The notes under the pieces: model-generated
What the model was told of the DNA's origin: nothing
Databases searched by the model: none
The model's input: the letters and a program-made list of their open reading frames with translations, nothing else
Part shown: positions 30,130-40,973 of the stretch, one piece after another
Position numbering within the stretch: position 1 is the stretch's first letter
Layout of the letters: each line of letters begins with the position of its first letter
Program-made: the position numbers and the translations under genes
Assembly (NCBI GenBank): GCA_048938855.1
Contig: JBHLLT010000021.1
Coordinates: forward strand, 1 to 52,581
Length of the DNA stretch: 52,581 bases
Direction: 5' to 3'
From: Promethearchaeota archaeon
Lineage (GTDB): Archaea > Asgardarchaeota > Lokiarchaeia > Sigyniarchaeales > SOKP01

Positions 30130-31224
30130 TTAGAACTTATTCCAAAATTCATTAGGAGAAAAATTCTTCTTGATTCTTGAAAATGGGCATACTGCTATAC
30201 AGTTTCCACAATCACTTGAATTTTTAACCCAAAATTCAAAACATTTTTCTACATCCACATAGTATTTCTTAACTCCAGGATTATTAGAAACTGTAGCTGG
30301 TTTAAATGAAGGAAATTCTTCTTTTATTATAGCTTCAGGTTCACATGCATCCGCACATTTAGAACATTTTTTACAGAAATTATTGATTTTTTCAATAAAT
30401 TTTTGGTTTGGGCAATCAGAAATTAAGGGCATATCTGTAAAAACCTTGCATATACGAGCCCTTGGTCCATATTCAGGGGTAATTAATAACCCATTCCTAC
30501 CTAAAGCACCGAGTCCTGCATCAATAGCTAATGGTATACTAAGAGCAGTATCATTACCACATTGAATAGCACGATATCCTAAATTTCTAATAAATTCACC
30601 CAAACATGAAATCATAAATGCCATTTTTGAATAAGCAATCGCAGAGGCTGCAGCTGCTGGTTGAGTTGGTGCCGTTGAAATAGCGTCTTTGTCCATCTCT
30701 ACAATCATCACTATTACTTTATTAATTCCTTCTGGTAAATTTATAGGTTGATCATAAATTGATTCTGCGGCCGTTCCTTTACGAACTTCATATTTTGCTT
30801 CTGCTTCACTAACTTGGTTAGGTCTCTTAAATCCTGATTTATATATCCATCTTTCATCAATATCTGCAATACCTACTATGGATGCTCCATAAAATTTTGC
30901 AGCTTTTTTTATATAATTCGTGAATGCTTTAATGTCATCGATTTCATACTTTGGCTTCATCCAATTGACTCCATAACCTATATCTATAAGGTCACTCCGT
31001 TCCCATGTGAATGCATAAGGAAATCTTTCATACACAGTCCAACCTGCTGCAACAAGAGCAAAATCCATCCTTGAATACCCCTCATTCTTCGATGCAATGT
31101 GGTTCTCAATATTTGTATCTATCATTTGGTTGTATGTTGGTAAGCTCTTATCCCATAATCTTCTAAATAACATGTTATTTTTCTGCTTGAACCGTTTATA
31201 TATTGAATCGTCTATTTCATACAT
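30130..31224 (-). CDS. Reductive dehalogenase-family cobalamin/2x[4Fe-4S] protein
   Basis: GASIVGI, ERWIY, LGYRA, IPLAIDAGLG..GRNGLLITPEYGPR, FCKKCSKCADAC, CGNCIAVCP. Confidence 0.85.
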   Translation of the reverse strand: MYEIDDSIYKRFKQKNNMLFRRLWDKSLPTYNQMIDTNIENHIASKNEGYSRMDFALVAAGWTVYERFPYAFTWERSDLIDIGYGVNWMKPKYEIDDIKAFTNYIKKAAKFYGASIVGIADIDERWIYKSGFKRPNQVSEAEAKYEVRKGTAAESIYDQPINLPEGINKVIVMIVEMDKDAISTAPTQPAAAASAIAYSKMAFMISCLGEFIRNLGYRAIQCGNDTALSIPLAIDAGLGALGRNGLLITPEYGPRARICKVFTDMPLISDCPNQKFIEKINNFCKKCSKCADACEPEAIIKEEFPSFKPATVSNNPGVKKYYVDVEKCFEFWVKNSSDCGNCIAVCPFSRIKKNFSPNEFWNKF

Positions 31225-31348
31225 ATTCTCAATTTTTCTCGCTTTTTTTGGGTTATATTATAATTTTATGGCAATAAATAAAAGTTTTTGATGAGCCTAA
31301 AATAAGTTTAATTATTATTTTAGGTATTATATCAAAGTGATCTAATAT

Positions 31349-31726
31349 ATGAGTAAAAGATTCCTTGTAGAGATAGGTTCTGGGACAGATCAGCATGGAC
31401 ATAATGATGATTGTACTAATGCTGCGATTAAAGCGATAAAAAATGCGATTTCAAATAATAGTTTGACTGGATTAACAGAGGTCTGCGGTTTAAAAGAACC
31501 TAAGGATCTTTTAAAAATGAGAGTTCATGTGAAAATTGGGGTTCCGTATCCAGAAAACATTGATAAAAAACGGGTCTTGAAAGCAATACCATTTGGAAAA
31601 AAATCAATAGAAGTGGTTAAAGGAGGATTAATAGCTAGAGGGATCATGATTAGAGCTCTTGGAGATACGTCAGATAATATTATAGTCTGTAATGCGGCAG
31701 TTACTGTTTCAGTAAATAATCCATAA
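31349..31726 (+). CDS. Lin0512 family protein
   Basis: EIGSGTDQHG...TNAA.KA...AI motif. Confidence 0.85.
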   Translation: MSKRFLVEIGSGTDQHGHNDDCTNAAIKAIKNAISNNSLTGLTEVCGLKEPKDLLKMRVHVKIGVPYPENIDKKRVLKAIPFGKKSIEVVKGGLIARGIMIRALGDTSDNIIVCNAAVTVSVNNP

Positions 31727-32010
31727 ATAAAGTATAAATTATCATAGTAGAATGAACATAGAGAAACAAACAAACTTTATGAAGAATTTGTTACAATTGA
31801 AGGACAAAAAATTTTAAACATATCCTATAATTTTTTTAATATATAACATCAAAATTTTTTATATATATAGAAAGAAAAGATATTAATTATAGAAATCTTA
31901 ATAGTTATTAAATTAAAAAATTAAGAACTCTCTTATAATAAGGCAGATATATAAATATAAGAAAGTATAATTTTTTATTACTTAGCGGTAGAGCCAAAAG
32001 TCTGAATGGA

Positions 32011-32556
32011 TTGAGGGAAATAAAGATGTACGATGCGACTTATAAAATTGTTATCTTTGGAGATGCGGGTTGTGGTAAAACAACATTGACCCAAAGATTT
32101 TTAACTAATTTATTTAAATCAGATTCAAAAATGACTATTGGCGTGGATTTTGAAGTAAAGAGTCTAGAAATCAACGGAAAAAGGATAAAGCTCCAAATAT
32201 GGGATTTTGGTGGTGAGGAAAGATTTAGATTTCTATTACCTACATATGTACGTGGTGCAAATGGAGCGTTATTTATGTATGATGTTACAAATTATAGTTC
32301 TCTTGCTCATATAGATGATTGGCTAGTAGTAATTAGAAAAGAATTACGTGCTGAAGATCAATTTCCTATCATTGTTGTTGGTGGAAAGGCAGATCTACTA
32401 GACGATCGGGAGGTATCAGGAGAAGAAGGTATTAATATTGCAAAATCTAGGCTTGTGGATGGATTTATCGAATGTAGTTCAAAAACAGGTGAAAACGTGG
32501 AAGAAACTTTTGAAGCATTGTCTCGTTTAATGCTACAAAAATCTAATTTACTATAA
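32011..32556 (+). CDS. Rab-like small GTPase with non-canonical G3/G4 (true start may be the ATG at 32026)
   Basis: GDAGCGKT, TIGVDF, KLQIWDFGGEERF, GKAD, ECSSK. Confidence 0.93.
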   Translation: MREIKMYDATYKIVIFGDAGCGKTTLTQRFLTNLFKSDSKMTIGVDFEVKSLEINGKRIKLQIWDFGGEERFRFLLPTYVRGANGALFMYDVTNYSSLAHIDDWLVVIRKELRAEDQFPIIVVGGKADLLDDREVSGEEGINIAKSRLVDGFIECSSKTGENVEETFEALSRLMLQKSNLL

Positions 32557-32561
32557 AAAAG

Positions 32562-33494
32562 TTAATCAATAGTTTCTTCTTCCAAAGCTAATTGTTGTTT
32601 CAATCTTAGATCCTTTCTTCTTAGCGATACCATTACTTGAAAATCAAGATCCTTTTTATAAAGTTCAGCGTATCTTAGCATTTTCTTTGCAATTTCTGTT
32701 TCAACATCCTCTCTTTCAATTTCAAAACCATTAAAAACAGATAATTCTGAGAAATTTTCGATATCTTTAAGAAAATCCTCGGATAAAACATCTGATCTGT
32801 CTTTAACAGCAATATTCATTATTTCTTCTAATTTCTTATATATTTCCCTCTTACTGAATTGGCATAGTATGCATTTTGAAATGCGTTTCTTAAAAATATT
32901 TAAAATTATCAATCCTGTAATAAATTTAAAATTCCTAATTAATACATTGATATCTTCCCTTACATGATCATCTATATTTTGCTGAATATATTCTCTAGCA
33001 TTTTCATATAGAGTACAAAAACTCATTGCCCTATCAAAATATGCAGGAGTTATACAAAACAATCGAGTAAACCAAAAAGGTTTGATATCTGTGGGAGGAC
33101 CTTCATAAAAAATATAATAAACAACTCTTCCATCCCTTTCCTTATATAAAGTAGATTCTTTTTTTAACATATTTAAGTAAGTTGAAATAGTAGATCGAGC
33201 AATATCTTTAAAATATCTTTTATATTCATCTTCTACCTCTCCAGTAGTTATTTTTTTTTTACCCTCTAGGTAAAACTTAAGAATTATGCCCAATATGCGA
33301 TTTTCATGAAGACGCCCTGTTTTTATCTGTTGTTCTTCAGATTCATCTTCCCGAATCTGGTATAAAAAAGCAATTTCTGGCGCAAAATCTTGAACAACTT
33401 TGTCAATGAGTTGTAATTTTGAATCTGTAATTTCTGATGCTTCTAAATTAGCACCTTCTAGCAGTAGTTTTTCTATTTCTGATCTTTCAGACAA
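32562..33494 (-). CDS. Hypothetical protein with winged-helix domain (possible regulator)
   Basis: TTGEV...IARSTISTYLNML...ERDGRVVYY. Confidence 0.6.
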   Translation of the reverse strand: MSERSEIEKLLLEGANLEASEITDSKLQLIDKVVQDFAPEIAFLYQIREDESEEQQIKTGRLHENRILGIILKFYLEGKKKITTGEVEDEYKRYFKDIARSTISTYLNMLKKESTLYKERDGRVVYYIFYEGPPTDIKPFWFTRLFCITPAYFDRAMSFCTLYENAREYIQQNIDDHVREDINVLIRNFKFITGLIILNIFKKRISKCILCQFSKREIYKKLEEIMNIAVKDRSDVLSEDFLKDIENFSELSVFNGFEIEREDVETEIAKKMLRYAELYKKDLDFQVMVSLRRKDLRLKQQLALEEETID

Positions 33495-33762
33495 TTTTAA
33501 AAAATTCTCCCTACTATTTTTTACTATATTAAAAAAATTTATTTATCTTAATAAAAATTTATGTTCGATTACACTAGAAACATGCTATTTATATAGGTTT
33601 CTATCAGAAACTGTTATGTTTTGAAATATATTGAAAAGTATTTATTTCTTTTTCAAAGTACCTCCAAAATCGCCTTTGTTAGTGTAGTAAAAATATAGAA
33701 TATCTCTGTTCCAATTTTTGATTAATAGGGTGAAATAAAAACTTGACGATTTTGTAAGAAAA

Positions 33763-35568
33763 TTATTGATCATTTCCATGTTTCTCTTTCCATATAGGAT
33801 CTGATTCCTGCAAAACTCTTCTTTGGACTTTTCCAATCAAATTTTTGGGAAGTTCTCCGATTATCGCGACTCTGTGAGGGACTTTATAATATGCTATATT
33901 TTCCATTGCCCAATTTTTTATTTTTTGAGGGGAACAATCACAATCTTCTTTAATGGCTACCCATGCTTTAATAATTTCTCCGAATTCTTCATCAGGTAAT
34001 CCTGCAACAGCAGCTTCCGTAATATCTGGATGCTTCATTAGTAGTTCTTCTATCTCTTTTGGAAAGACAGAGTATCCTTTACATTTTATGAGTTGTTTTT
34101 TTCTATCTCTAATTTCAATTGTACCATCTTCATTCATAAAACCAATATCTCCAGTTAAGAGCCACATTTTACCTTCATACTCTAAAATTGTTTTTGAAGT
34201 TTCTTCTGGTTCATTGAGATATTCCGACATAATTTGAGGTCCAGTAATACAAATTTCACCAGTATTTTCAATACCAAAGTTTTTATCATCGGGATCTCCC
34301 AAACATATAGGGCCCTTTGAAAAATCATCAATAGGCCAAATTCCCCATTCTGTTCCAGGAAACGGCATTCCAATAGTTCCTATAGGGCTTTCTCCAAACA
34401 GATTACCTGCACTTACAGCAGGACTAGCTTCTGATAATCCATAACCTTCAACAATTCGACCTCCAGTATTTTTAATGAAAGCTTCTCTTACAGGGGCATG
34501 TAATGGACCGGCACTAGAAATGCATAATATTAATTTTCCCATTACTCCCGGATATCTCCTTTTAAGATTTTTAAGTTCTGCGAGTTTTTTGAATAAAATT
34601 TCGGTACCTGCATAAATTAATCCTTCCTTACACGGTAATCTTTCTATTTGCTCACATAACTCGGCTTGTGAAGGAGGAGTCGGAAAAAGCATTATCCAGC
34701 CTCCTATCATTAGACTAGTATTCATAATAACTGTATGTGCAAAACTATGGAATAATGGTAATATCCCTATGTTTCCTATTCCTGGTTTTTCACCCCCTAA
34801 CCATAATTTACATTGTTTAGCATTTGAAACTACATTAAAATGAGTTAATACGGCTGCTTTTGGTAAACCTGTTGTACCACCAGTCATAATATAGGTTGCT
34901 GGTTGGTTTTTTACATCTATCTCTACTTTTGGGACATTTGGTTCTGTTTTTAGAAGTTCTTTAAATTTAAAAGCCCCGGGATAATCAACTTTTCCGGTAG
35001 GAATCTTTTTCACAAATTTTCCTATTGCCTTTTTTACACCTTTTATTTCTGCTAAATCAATTAAACTAGTATATATAACAAATTCTACTGATGACTCTTG
35101 AATTATTGGTTTAATTGATGATTCATATGCTGCATCGATAACAATTAGGAGTTTTGGTTTTGTAATATCAAATTGATGAAGAACTTCCACAGGTTGATAT
35201 GTAGGATTAATTCCGCTAGCGATGGCACCTATTCGTGTAATAGCAAAATAAGCTACAATATATTGAGGACAATTAGGTAAATACAACGCTACTACATCCC
35301 CCTTTTTTATGCCTAAATTCGCTAATGCTGTAGCAAAAGATTTTACATAATTTTGAAATTTTTTATAGGTGATCCATGCATCTAAAAACCATATGAATTT
35401 CTCATCTTGATATTTCTCAACTTGTTCATCTAATAACTCATTTACCGTTTTCTCTTCAAAATCTGTATTATATGGAACTCCTTTTGGCCACCATTTCTTA
35501 AACCAGCGTTTATTTTCATCAACATTGAAGGGGTGTTGCATATTTAAAGTCATAATTTTCTCGCACAA
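33763..35568 (-). CDS. Long-chain fatty-acid--CoA ligase (AMP-binding)
   Basis: TGGTTGLPK, EGYGLSE, TGDIG, DRKKQLI, GKVQRR. Confidence 0.93.
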   Translation of the reverse strand: MCEKIMTLNMQHPFNVDENKRWFKKWWPKGVPYNTDFEEKTVNELLDEQVEKYQDEKFIWFLDAWITYKKFQNYVKSFATALANLGIKKGDVVALYLPNCPQYIVAYFAITRIGAIASGINPTYQPVEVLHQFDITKPKLLIVIDAAYESSIKPIIQESSVEFVIYTSLIDLAEIKGVKKAIGKFVKKIPTGKVDYPGAFKFKELLKTEPNVPKVEIDVKNQPATYIMTGGTTGLPKAAVLTHFNVVSNAKQCKLWLGGEKPGIGNIGILPLFHSFAHTVIMNTSLMIGGWIMLFPTPPSQAELCEQIERLPCKEGLIYAGTEILFKKLAELKNLKRRYPGVMGKLILCISSAGPLHAPVREAFIKNTGGRIVEGYGLSEASPAVSAGNLFGESPIGTIGMPFPGTEWGIWPIDDFSKGPICLGDPDDKNFGIENTGEICITGPQIMSEYLNEPEETSKTILEYEGKMWLLTGDIGFMNEDGTIEIRDRKKQLIKCKGYSVFPKEIEELLMKHPDITEAAVAGLPDEEFGEIIKAWVAIKEDCDCSPQKIKNWAMENIAYYKVPHRVAIIGELPKNLIGKVQRRVLQESDPIWKEKHGNDQ

Positions 35569-35737
35569 TTTGAAATAATTCTTATCTTTATGTCACTTAG
35601 ATTTTTCAAAATTTATAACTTTATAAGAATTTGAAATTCAAAAATATTATTTTTATAATAAAACCATTATAAAACTTCCAAAAATTCAAAAAATAGGTTA
35701 AAAAATTAAAAAAAAGTGTATAAAAAATTATATAATT

Positions 35738-37873
35738 TTAAATTCTTGTGTCCTTTCTCCTTTTGATTAAAATAGTTGCTACTCCTACTAATCCTACACC
35801 AGCAATCAATACAATTAATGCCCAGAAGCCCTCACTTTGAAATACCATGAACACACTGAAAGTAGGATCATGCCAAATCCCACTACCATCCTCAAATTGA
35901 GGATAACAAACTGCATAGACCATAACACTTAATTCAGTTTGAACTCTGATATCTGAAGCAAAACTACTTACCTCAGTGCCTCCAGCAATTACGTAAGAAT
36001 CATGTCTTTCATTTTCCATTAACCAAACTGCAAGTGGAATTTTACTAGTACTTGCTGGAGCAGTATTTCGAACTGATTCACTGCCATATTCATAATCCGG
36101 GCCAGCAATGTCAACAAATTCTAATTCATCTCGAGCATGAGCACCAATATAATTCCCAATCATTAGTTTATGTTCTGTGCTATTATAATGTCTTTCTTCC
36201 AATATTGTCTGAGGATCTTCAGGAATTTGACCTGTTGTTGCAATGTCAAGTTCAAAATGTAATACAGTAGATACATAAATAATAGCGAGATCTAAACCGG
36301 CGATTGGTGAATTAGCATATGGGGCAACAGGATCATTCCATGGATCAAAGAATTGATTTAACTTTACTAATCCATGTGCAGCACCGACTTCTCTATCAAT
36401 TTTAGGTTCAAACGTGAAACCAAAGTGTATTTTTCCGATACTTTCTGTGGGTGCTCCTAAATAAGAGTTTAAGTCTACCCCTAGGGGAACAGCAGAAATA
36501 TCTGAATTTAAAATATTGATACCCCATGATATGCTTCGATTACTTGGATCAATAGTTGGTTTAACAAACTGAAAATTACCCACCTGACCTAATATTAATC
36601 TATGTGTGAGTTCAGTTCTTGTTGGTATATTTACCTCGGTTCCATCAATGTTTACAGGAGTATAGACAGCAGTAATATCCTGACTCGAATCGGTATCATT
36701 ATACAAGAAAGCTCCAGCTAAGTGATGAGTAAACAAATAAAATTCAAGATTACATCCTTCAAAAGCATTAATTATAGCAAGTTCGGGATTTCCACCACCA
36801 CCTGTAACAGCATTAAGAATTTCCGAAACATCTATATGAATCTCAAAATTTTTAATCCAGAGTTGGATTAAATCAAAAGAGAATTGTGTCCAAATCGTTT
36901 GAGCAACATTTCCATGAGTTGGGGTTAAAAGCCATTCAGTATAACTATCTTTTCTCTGTTGAGCGGTAGTATTCCAATCATCTAGTAATAAATCCCCATT
37001 AGTAACTTCAGTCATAATGTTTAGATCATCAGCAGGGGTTAAATCTTGACCTGTGAAGTACCAACTTTTATCAATACTAAATCCACTACCAGGTGCAATA
37101 TCAAGTTTTTGCCAGGTAATAGGATTCATAATAAATAATTCATCTCCCGTGATAATATCATTAATATGAATTAAAAACCAGGTAAGCTTAGAAATACCTT
37201 CTCTAATAAGATCTTGGTTTATTGATAATCCTTCAGATTGAAGAGATATCAAACGTCTGAAAAAGGTTAGTAGTTTATTTACTGCAGTGATAAAAGACCT
37301 ATCATTATCCCATATGATTAAGGTAACAGCAACTCCAACTTCAATATTATAGTTAAATTCACCATGTTTATCCACAACACAGTAAGCATGTCCCATTTCT
37401 GTTTGATTTAAACCCGTTAATGCTTCATTCGATGTTAAATTTAAATATTTTTGAGGAAAAGGATATATATCTCTTGTATTGCCCTCTACATCAAAATTAT
37501 AAGTTCCACGTTCATGATAGGTTCGATTAACACTTATTACAAACGTATTACCGAGCATTTCAAATTTAGAAAGATTGAAGTCATTTAGAAATAATGCTTC
37601 AAATATAGAACCTAAGATTTGCCCTCCATATCCTAAGTGATCACTGAAGAGAGCACCAAAACCTCCTCTAAATCCGTCAAATATGCCGATATTAACTTGA
37701 TCAAAATTGAAAGAATCACCTATATCATTTTCTTGCCCAACAGCTAGTACAGGAATTCCGAATACTGAACAAAGGAAAATGGTAACAAGCATTAAAGCTT
37801 TATTATTTAGGTTTTTCATATTTTTCACATTTTTATAATTATAAAGTATATTTTTTATTAAGGATCTAATCAA
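35738..37873 (-). CDS. Large secreted, C-terminally membrane-anchored protein (real start probably MKNLNN)
   Basis: Signal-peptide-like segment, acidic beta-rich body with N-x-S/T sequons, C-terminal TM followed by KRRK. Confidence 0.75.
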   Translation of the reverse strand: MIRSLIKNILYNYKNVKNMKNLNNKALMLVTIFLCSVFGIPVLAVGQENDIGDSFNFDQVNIGIFDGFRGGFGALFSDHLGYGGQILGSIFEALFLNDFNLSKFEMLGNTFVISVNRTYHERGTYNFDVEGNTRDIYPFPQKYLNLTSNEALTGLNQTEMGHAYCVVDKHGEFNYNIEVGVAVTLIIWDNDRSFITAVNKLLTFFRRLISLQSEGLSINQDLIREGISKLTWFLIHINDIITGDELFIMNPITWQKLDIAPGSGFSIDKSWYFTGQDLTPADDLNIMTEVTNGDLLLDDWNTTAQQRKDSYTEWLLTPTHGNVAQTIWTQFSFDLIQLWIKNFEIHIDVSEILNAVTGGGGNPELAIINAFEGCNLEFYLFTHHLAGAFLYNDTDSSQDITAVYTPVNIDGTEVNIPTRTELTHRLILGQVGNFQFVKPTIDPSNRSISWGINILNSDISAVPLGVDLNSYLGAPTESIGKIHFGFTFEPKIDREVGAAHGLVKLNQFFDPWNDPVAPYANSPIAGLDLAIIYVSTVLHFELDIATTGQIPEDPQTILEERHYNSTEHKLMIGNYIGAHARDELEFVDIAGPDYEYGSESVRNTAPASTSKIPLAVWLMENERHDSYVIAGGTEVSSFASDIRVQTELSVMVYAVCYPQFEDGSGIWHDPTFSVFMVFQSEGFWALIVLIAGVGLVGVATILIKRRKDTRI

Positions 37874-38118
37874 AATCTAAATTTTTAATAATTTTTATTC
37901 TATTAAAATAGAAATTTTAATTAGATTACCGTATTTTCAATAAAAATACCAAAAATTATATGATAATTACTTCAGAGTTAAATAGAATGAAGTTTTCATT
38001 ACTATTATATATTATTTTCATTCTACACTACACAATTTTAAAAATTTATTATTATTTAATAATTTGGTCTAATATTTTAATAAAAAGGAGTGAGTAATAA
38101 AAATATTTCAAATATTCA

Positions 38119-39123
38119 TTATTCTGTTTGTAGGAAGGTATAGAAAAATAAAATAATGTATAAAATAGCTGATATTAATAAACTCCAAACCCTAAGAAAT
38201 TCTGAGAATTCCTCAGTTGAGAAGAGCACATTCGATCCAATAAACACAGCAGCAATAAAATACCCTAGTAAATGACTTTTAAAACCTGTTACTTTAGATT
38301 TACCTTGGAAAAAGTTAACAATTGATGTAATAATAATAAGGATAAAACCGATTATATAGAATAAACTAATTACATTATACTCATATAAATCTAAATACAA
38401 AAAAAAGCCAAAAAGTATAATTTCAAGTATTTTAATATTCCAAACCCATTGTTTTTTTTTCGACCCTTCCCAAAATTGTTCGTACTCACTTATACCCGAG
38501 TTGTAAAGCATTAATATAAATGCTCCAATTGCTAAGGCTGTAAAAAGAGAGTATGATATTTTGAAAAGATATGGAAGTAAAGGGACCCATAAATCATTCC
38601 ATAAGAAATCTGTTAATACAAAAAACTCGGGTATTATACTTACAGTACAAAAAATTGGAATTACTGATGCTAAACACATCATAATCCAAGTTATAGTAGA
38701 TACTTTTGTATCTTCCTCCCACCTTTTCCTTTTAAATGTGGTTAATCGCCATGCCATAGAGGCAAAACTAAGAATAGAAATAACTGGAGTGATTGCGGGA
38801 AAGATAAAGATTGCCATTAGATATATAGCATTGATTCCATAAAAAAATTTTAACCTGGATGGAACCACACTAATTGTTTTATCAAAATTATCCAAGGTAT
38901 TCGCAAATCGATTAATAAAAAGAATCAGAAAGAAGAGCCATGAAATACTGAATATAGTGGGACAAATAATATTTATAATTATTATTATTAAAGCGGGATC
39001 ATTTGAATACCATAAAGTGAATCCAGCAAAGTTATAGATTAAAAATATTGCGATAGGTACCAATATAATTGACAGCAAAACAATTAAACGACTTACTATT
39101 ATTCCTTTTATCTCTTTAGACAT
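38119..39123 (-). CDS. Polytopic membrane protein
   Basis: About 9 hydrophobic segments. Confidence 0.75.
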   Translation of the reverse strand: MSKEIKGIIVSRLIVLLSIILVPIAIFLIYNFAGFTLWYSNDPALIIIIINIICPTIFSISWLFFLILFINRFANTLDNFDKTISVVPSRLKFFYGINAIYLMAIFIFPAITPVISILSFASMAWRLTTFKRKRWEEDTKVSTITWIMMCLASVIPIFCTVSIIPEFFVLTDFLWNDLWVPLLPYLFKISYSLFTALAIGAFILMLYNSGISEYEQFWEGSKKKQWVWNIKILEIILFGFFLYLDLYEYNVISLFYIIGFILIIITSIVNFFQGKSKVTGFKSHLLGYFIAAVFIGSNVLFSTEEFSEFLRVWSLLISAILYIILFFYTFLQTE

Positions 39124-39265
39124 ATTTTTTACGAACTTTCTGACATTTTAATATTAATATAGAATAGTATGGTTTAATAATTATTATACTTTCCACCGAA
39201 ATCATAAGCAATTCCGCATAGAATTAAATGAATATAGATAAAAGTTGAAATTTGTCTCTATAAAA

Positions 39266-40060
39266 TTATCTTTTTTTAGCTCCACAGTTTTTACAGAAAA
39301 GATCATCAGCAGTAAGTTTAGCTCCACAATTCGTACAAATTGTGGATATAGCTCCAATTTTCTCTTCAGCAGTTTCTCTTGGGAACATTTCTGTTGTTTC
39401 TTCAGCTGCTTCTTCTGTTTTAACTTTTACTTTTACTCTCTTTTTCTTTCCTTTACCACCCTCAGGCTTATATCGTAAACTTCCTATGAAAGCACCAAAT
39501 ACTGTTCCAACCAAACAGCCTTCTAAAATAGCAGTGAGAGCGGCAAGCAGAAATGGTAAATCTGTTAATCCTATTACTAACCCATCTAATATTCCACTTA
39601 ATAATCCACCAAATCCTCCTCCAAATACATTCCCAATTACCATTAAGATTATGTAGAGTACTACGGCAATTATAGCATAACCTATCCCTATAGATAAACT
39701 CGTATGTATTGCTTCACGTGGAGACTTAGCAAATAATGCACTTGCAATTACACAGGTTAAAATCCATGGAACGACAACAGCTATTATCAAACCGACATCA
39801 TCAGGTCGATAAGCTATGCACCAATGAATTGGAAAAATAAGGACCAAAACTACCCCAATTAACATCCCCGCTAAAAATTCTATAATTACTCCCCCTACTC
39901 CAAGGAAAGTGGAAAGTGCACTTAAAGCATCATCAACATTTTCAAGAAGTCCTCCTGTAACTCCCTCTGTAAGATTAAGAAACCTAAATGAAATATAAGC
40001 CATAGGAACAAAAATTATCATCCCTACAATTCCAGATTTTATTACACGACCCCATCCCAT
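39266..40060 (-). CDS. Gly-rich membrane protein with C-terminal zinc ribbon
   Basis: Several TM helices, Lys-rich linker, CTNCG..FCKNCG. Confidence 0.8.
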   Translation of the reverse strand: MGWGRVIKSGIVGMIIFVPMAYISFRFLNLTEGVTGGLLENVDDALSALSTFLGVGGVIIEFLAGMLIGVVLVLIFPIHWCIAYRPDDVGLIIAVVVPWILTCVIASALFAKSPREAIHTSLSIGIGYAIIAVVLYIILMVIGNVFGGGFGGLLSGILDGLVIGLTDLPFLLAALTAILEGCLVGTVFGAFIGSLRYKPEGGKGKKKRVKVKVKTEEAAEETTEMFPRETAEEKIGAISTICTNCGAKLTADDLFCKNCGAKKR

Positions 40061-40268
40061 GTGAATCCCCTTACCATAATTGATAATTTGATTTTAATTT
40101 CTTTATTACAATCAAAAAAGCAAATCATATTTATACTTTTGTCTTGATTTTCAATATATCGCTTTCCTACATTTAATGGTATTAGATCTATATATATTAT
40201 ATTTAGAACTGTAAGGACAATGTAAAAAAGAAGTAGATAAATAAAATTTTAAAAATTAGTTATTATTT

Positions 40269-40958
40269 TCATTTTATTTTGGTTATACGACCTTGATCCA
40301 TGCGTATTGTTTTTGTACCATATTGAGACAAATCTCTATGTGTCACAAAAATAATGGTTGTTTCCATTTCTTTGTTTATTTTCTGTAATAAACTCATAAC
40401 TTGTTTTTCTGACTCAGGATCTAAATTTCCAGTAGCTTCATCTGCAAGAATAACTCTTGGTCTATGAATTATCGCACGAGCAATGCCGCATCTCTGTTTT
40501 TCTCCACCAGACATCTGGACAGGATAATGATCTTTACGGTCAAGCAAATCAACATCTCTTAGTGCCGCTATCGCTCTATTTTCAATTTCTTTTTGACGTA
40601 AGACTGTTGGCCATAAAACAGATTCTACATTCTCCATAGCTGTTAATGTATTAACAAGATTGAAATCTTGAAATACAAATCCAATTTTTTGCCTTCTTAG
40701 TTTACTTAATCTATCCTCAGTTGCTCTTGCTATATTTTCTCCGTCGAATATGATTCGACCTGAATCAGGGAGATCCAATCCTGACAGAACATTGAGAAGC
40801 GTAGACTTACCACAACCCGTAGGACCTTGGATAATAGCAAATTCTCCCGATTTAATTTTTAAATTTACATCAGCTAATGCTCTAATAATAGCTCCTGCTC
40901 TACGATATTCTTTATTTACATCTACAGCTTCAATCATAATATCTTTATCAGACGACAT
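40269..40958 (-). CDS. ABC ATP-binding protein, LolD/MacB/FtsE type
   Basis: GPTGCGKS, IGFVFQ, MSGGEKQR, LADEATGNLD, VTH. Confidence 0.95.
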   Translation of the reverse strand: MSSDKDIMIEAVDVNKEYRRAGAIIRALADVNLKIKSGEFAIIQGPTGCGKSTLLNVLSGLDLPDSGRIIFDGENIARATEDRLSKLRRQKIGFVFQDFNLVNTLTAMENVESVLWPTVLRQKEIENRAIAALRDVDLLDRKDHYPVQMSGGEKQRCGIARAIIHRPRVILADEATGNLDPESEKQVMSLLQKINKEMETTIIFVTHRDLSQYGTKTIRMDQGRITKIK

Positions 40959-40973
40959 TTTATTCTTACCTCC

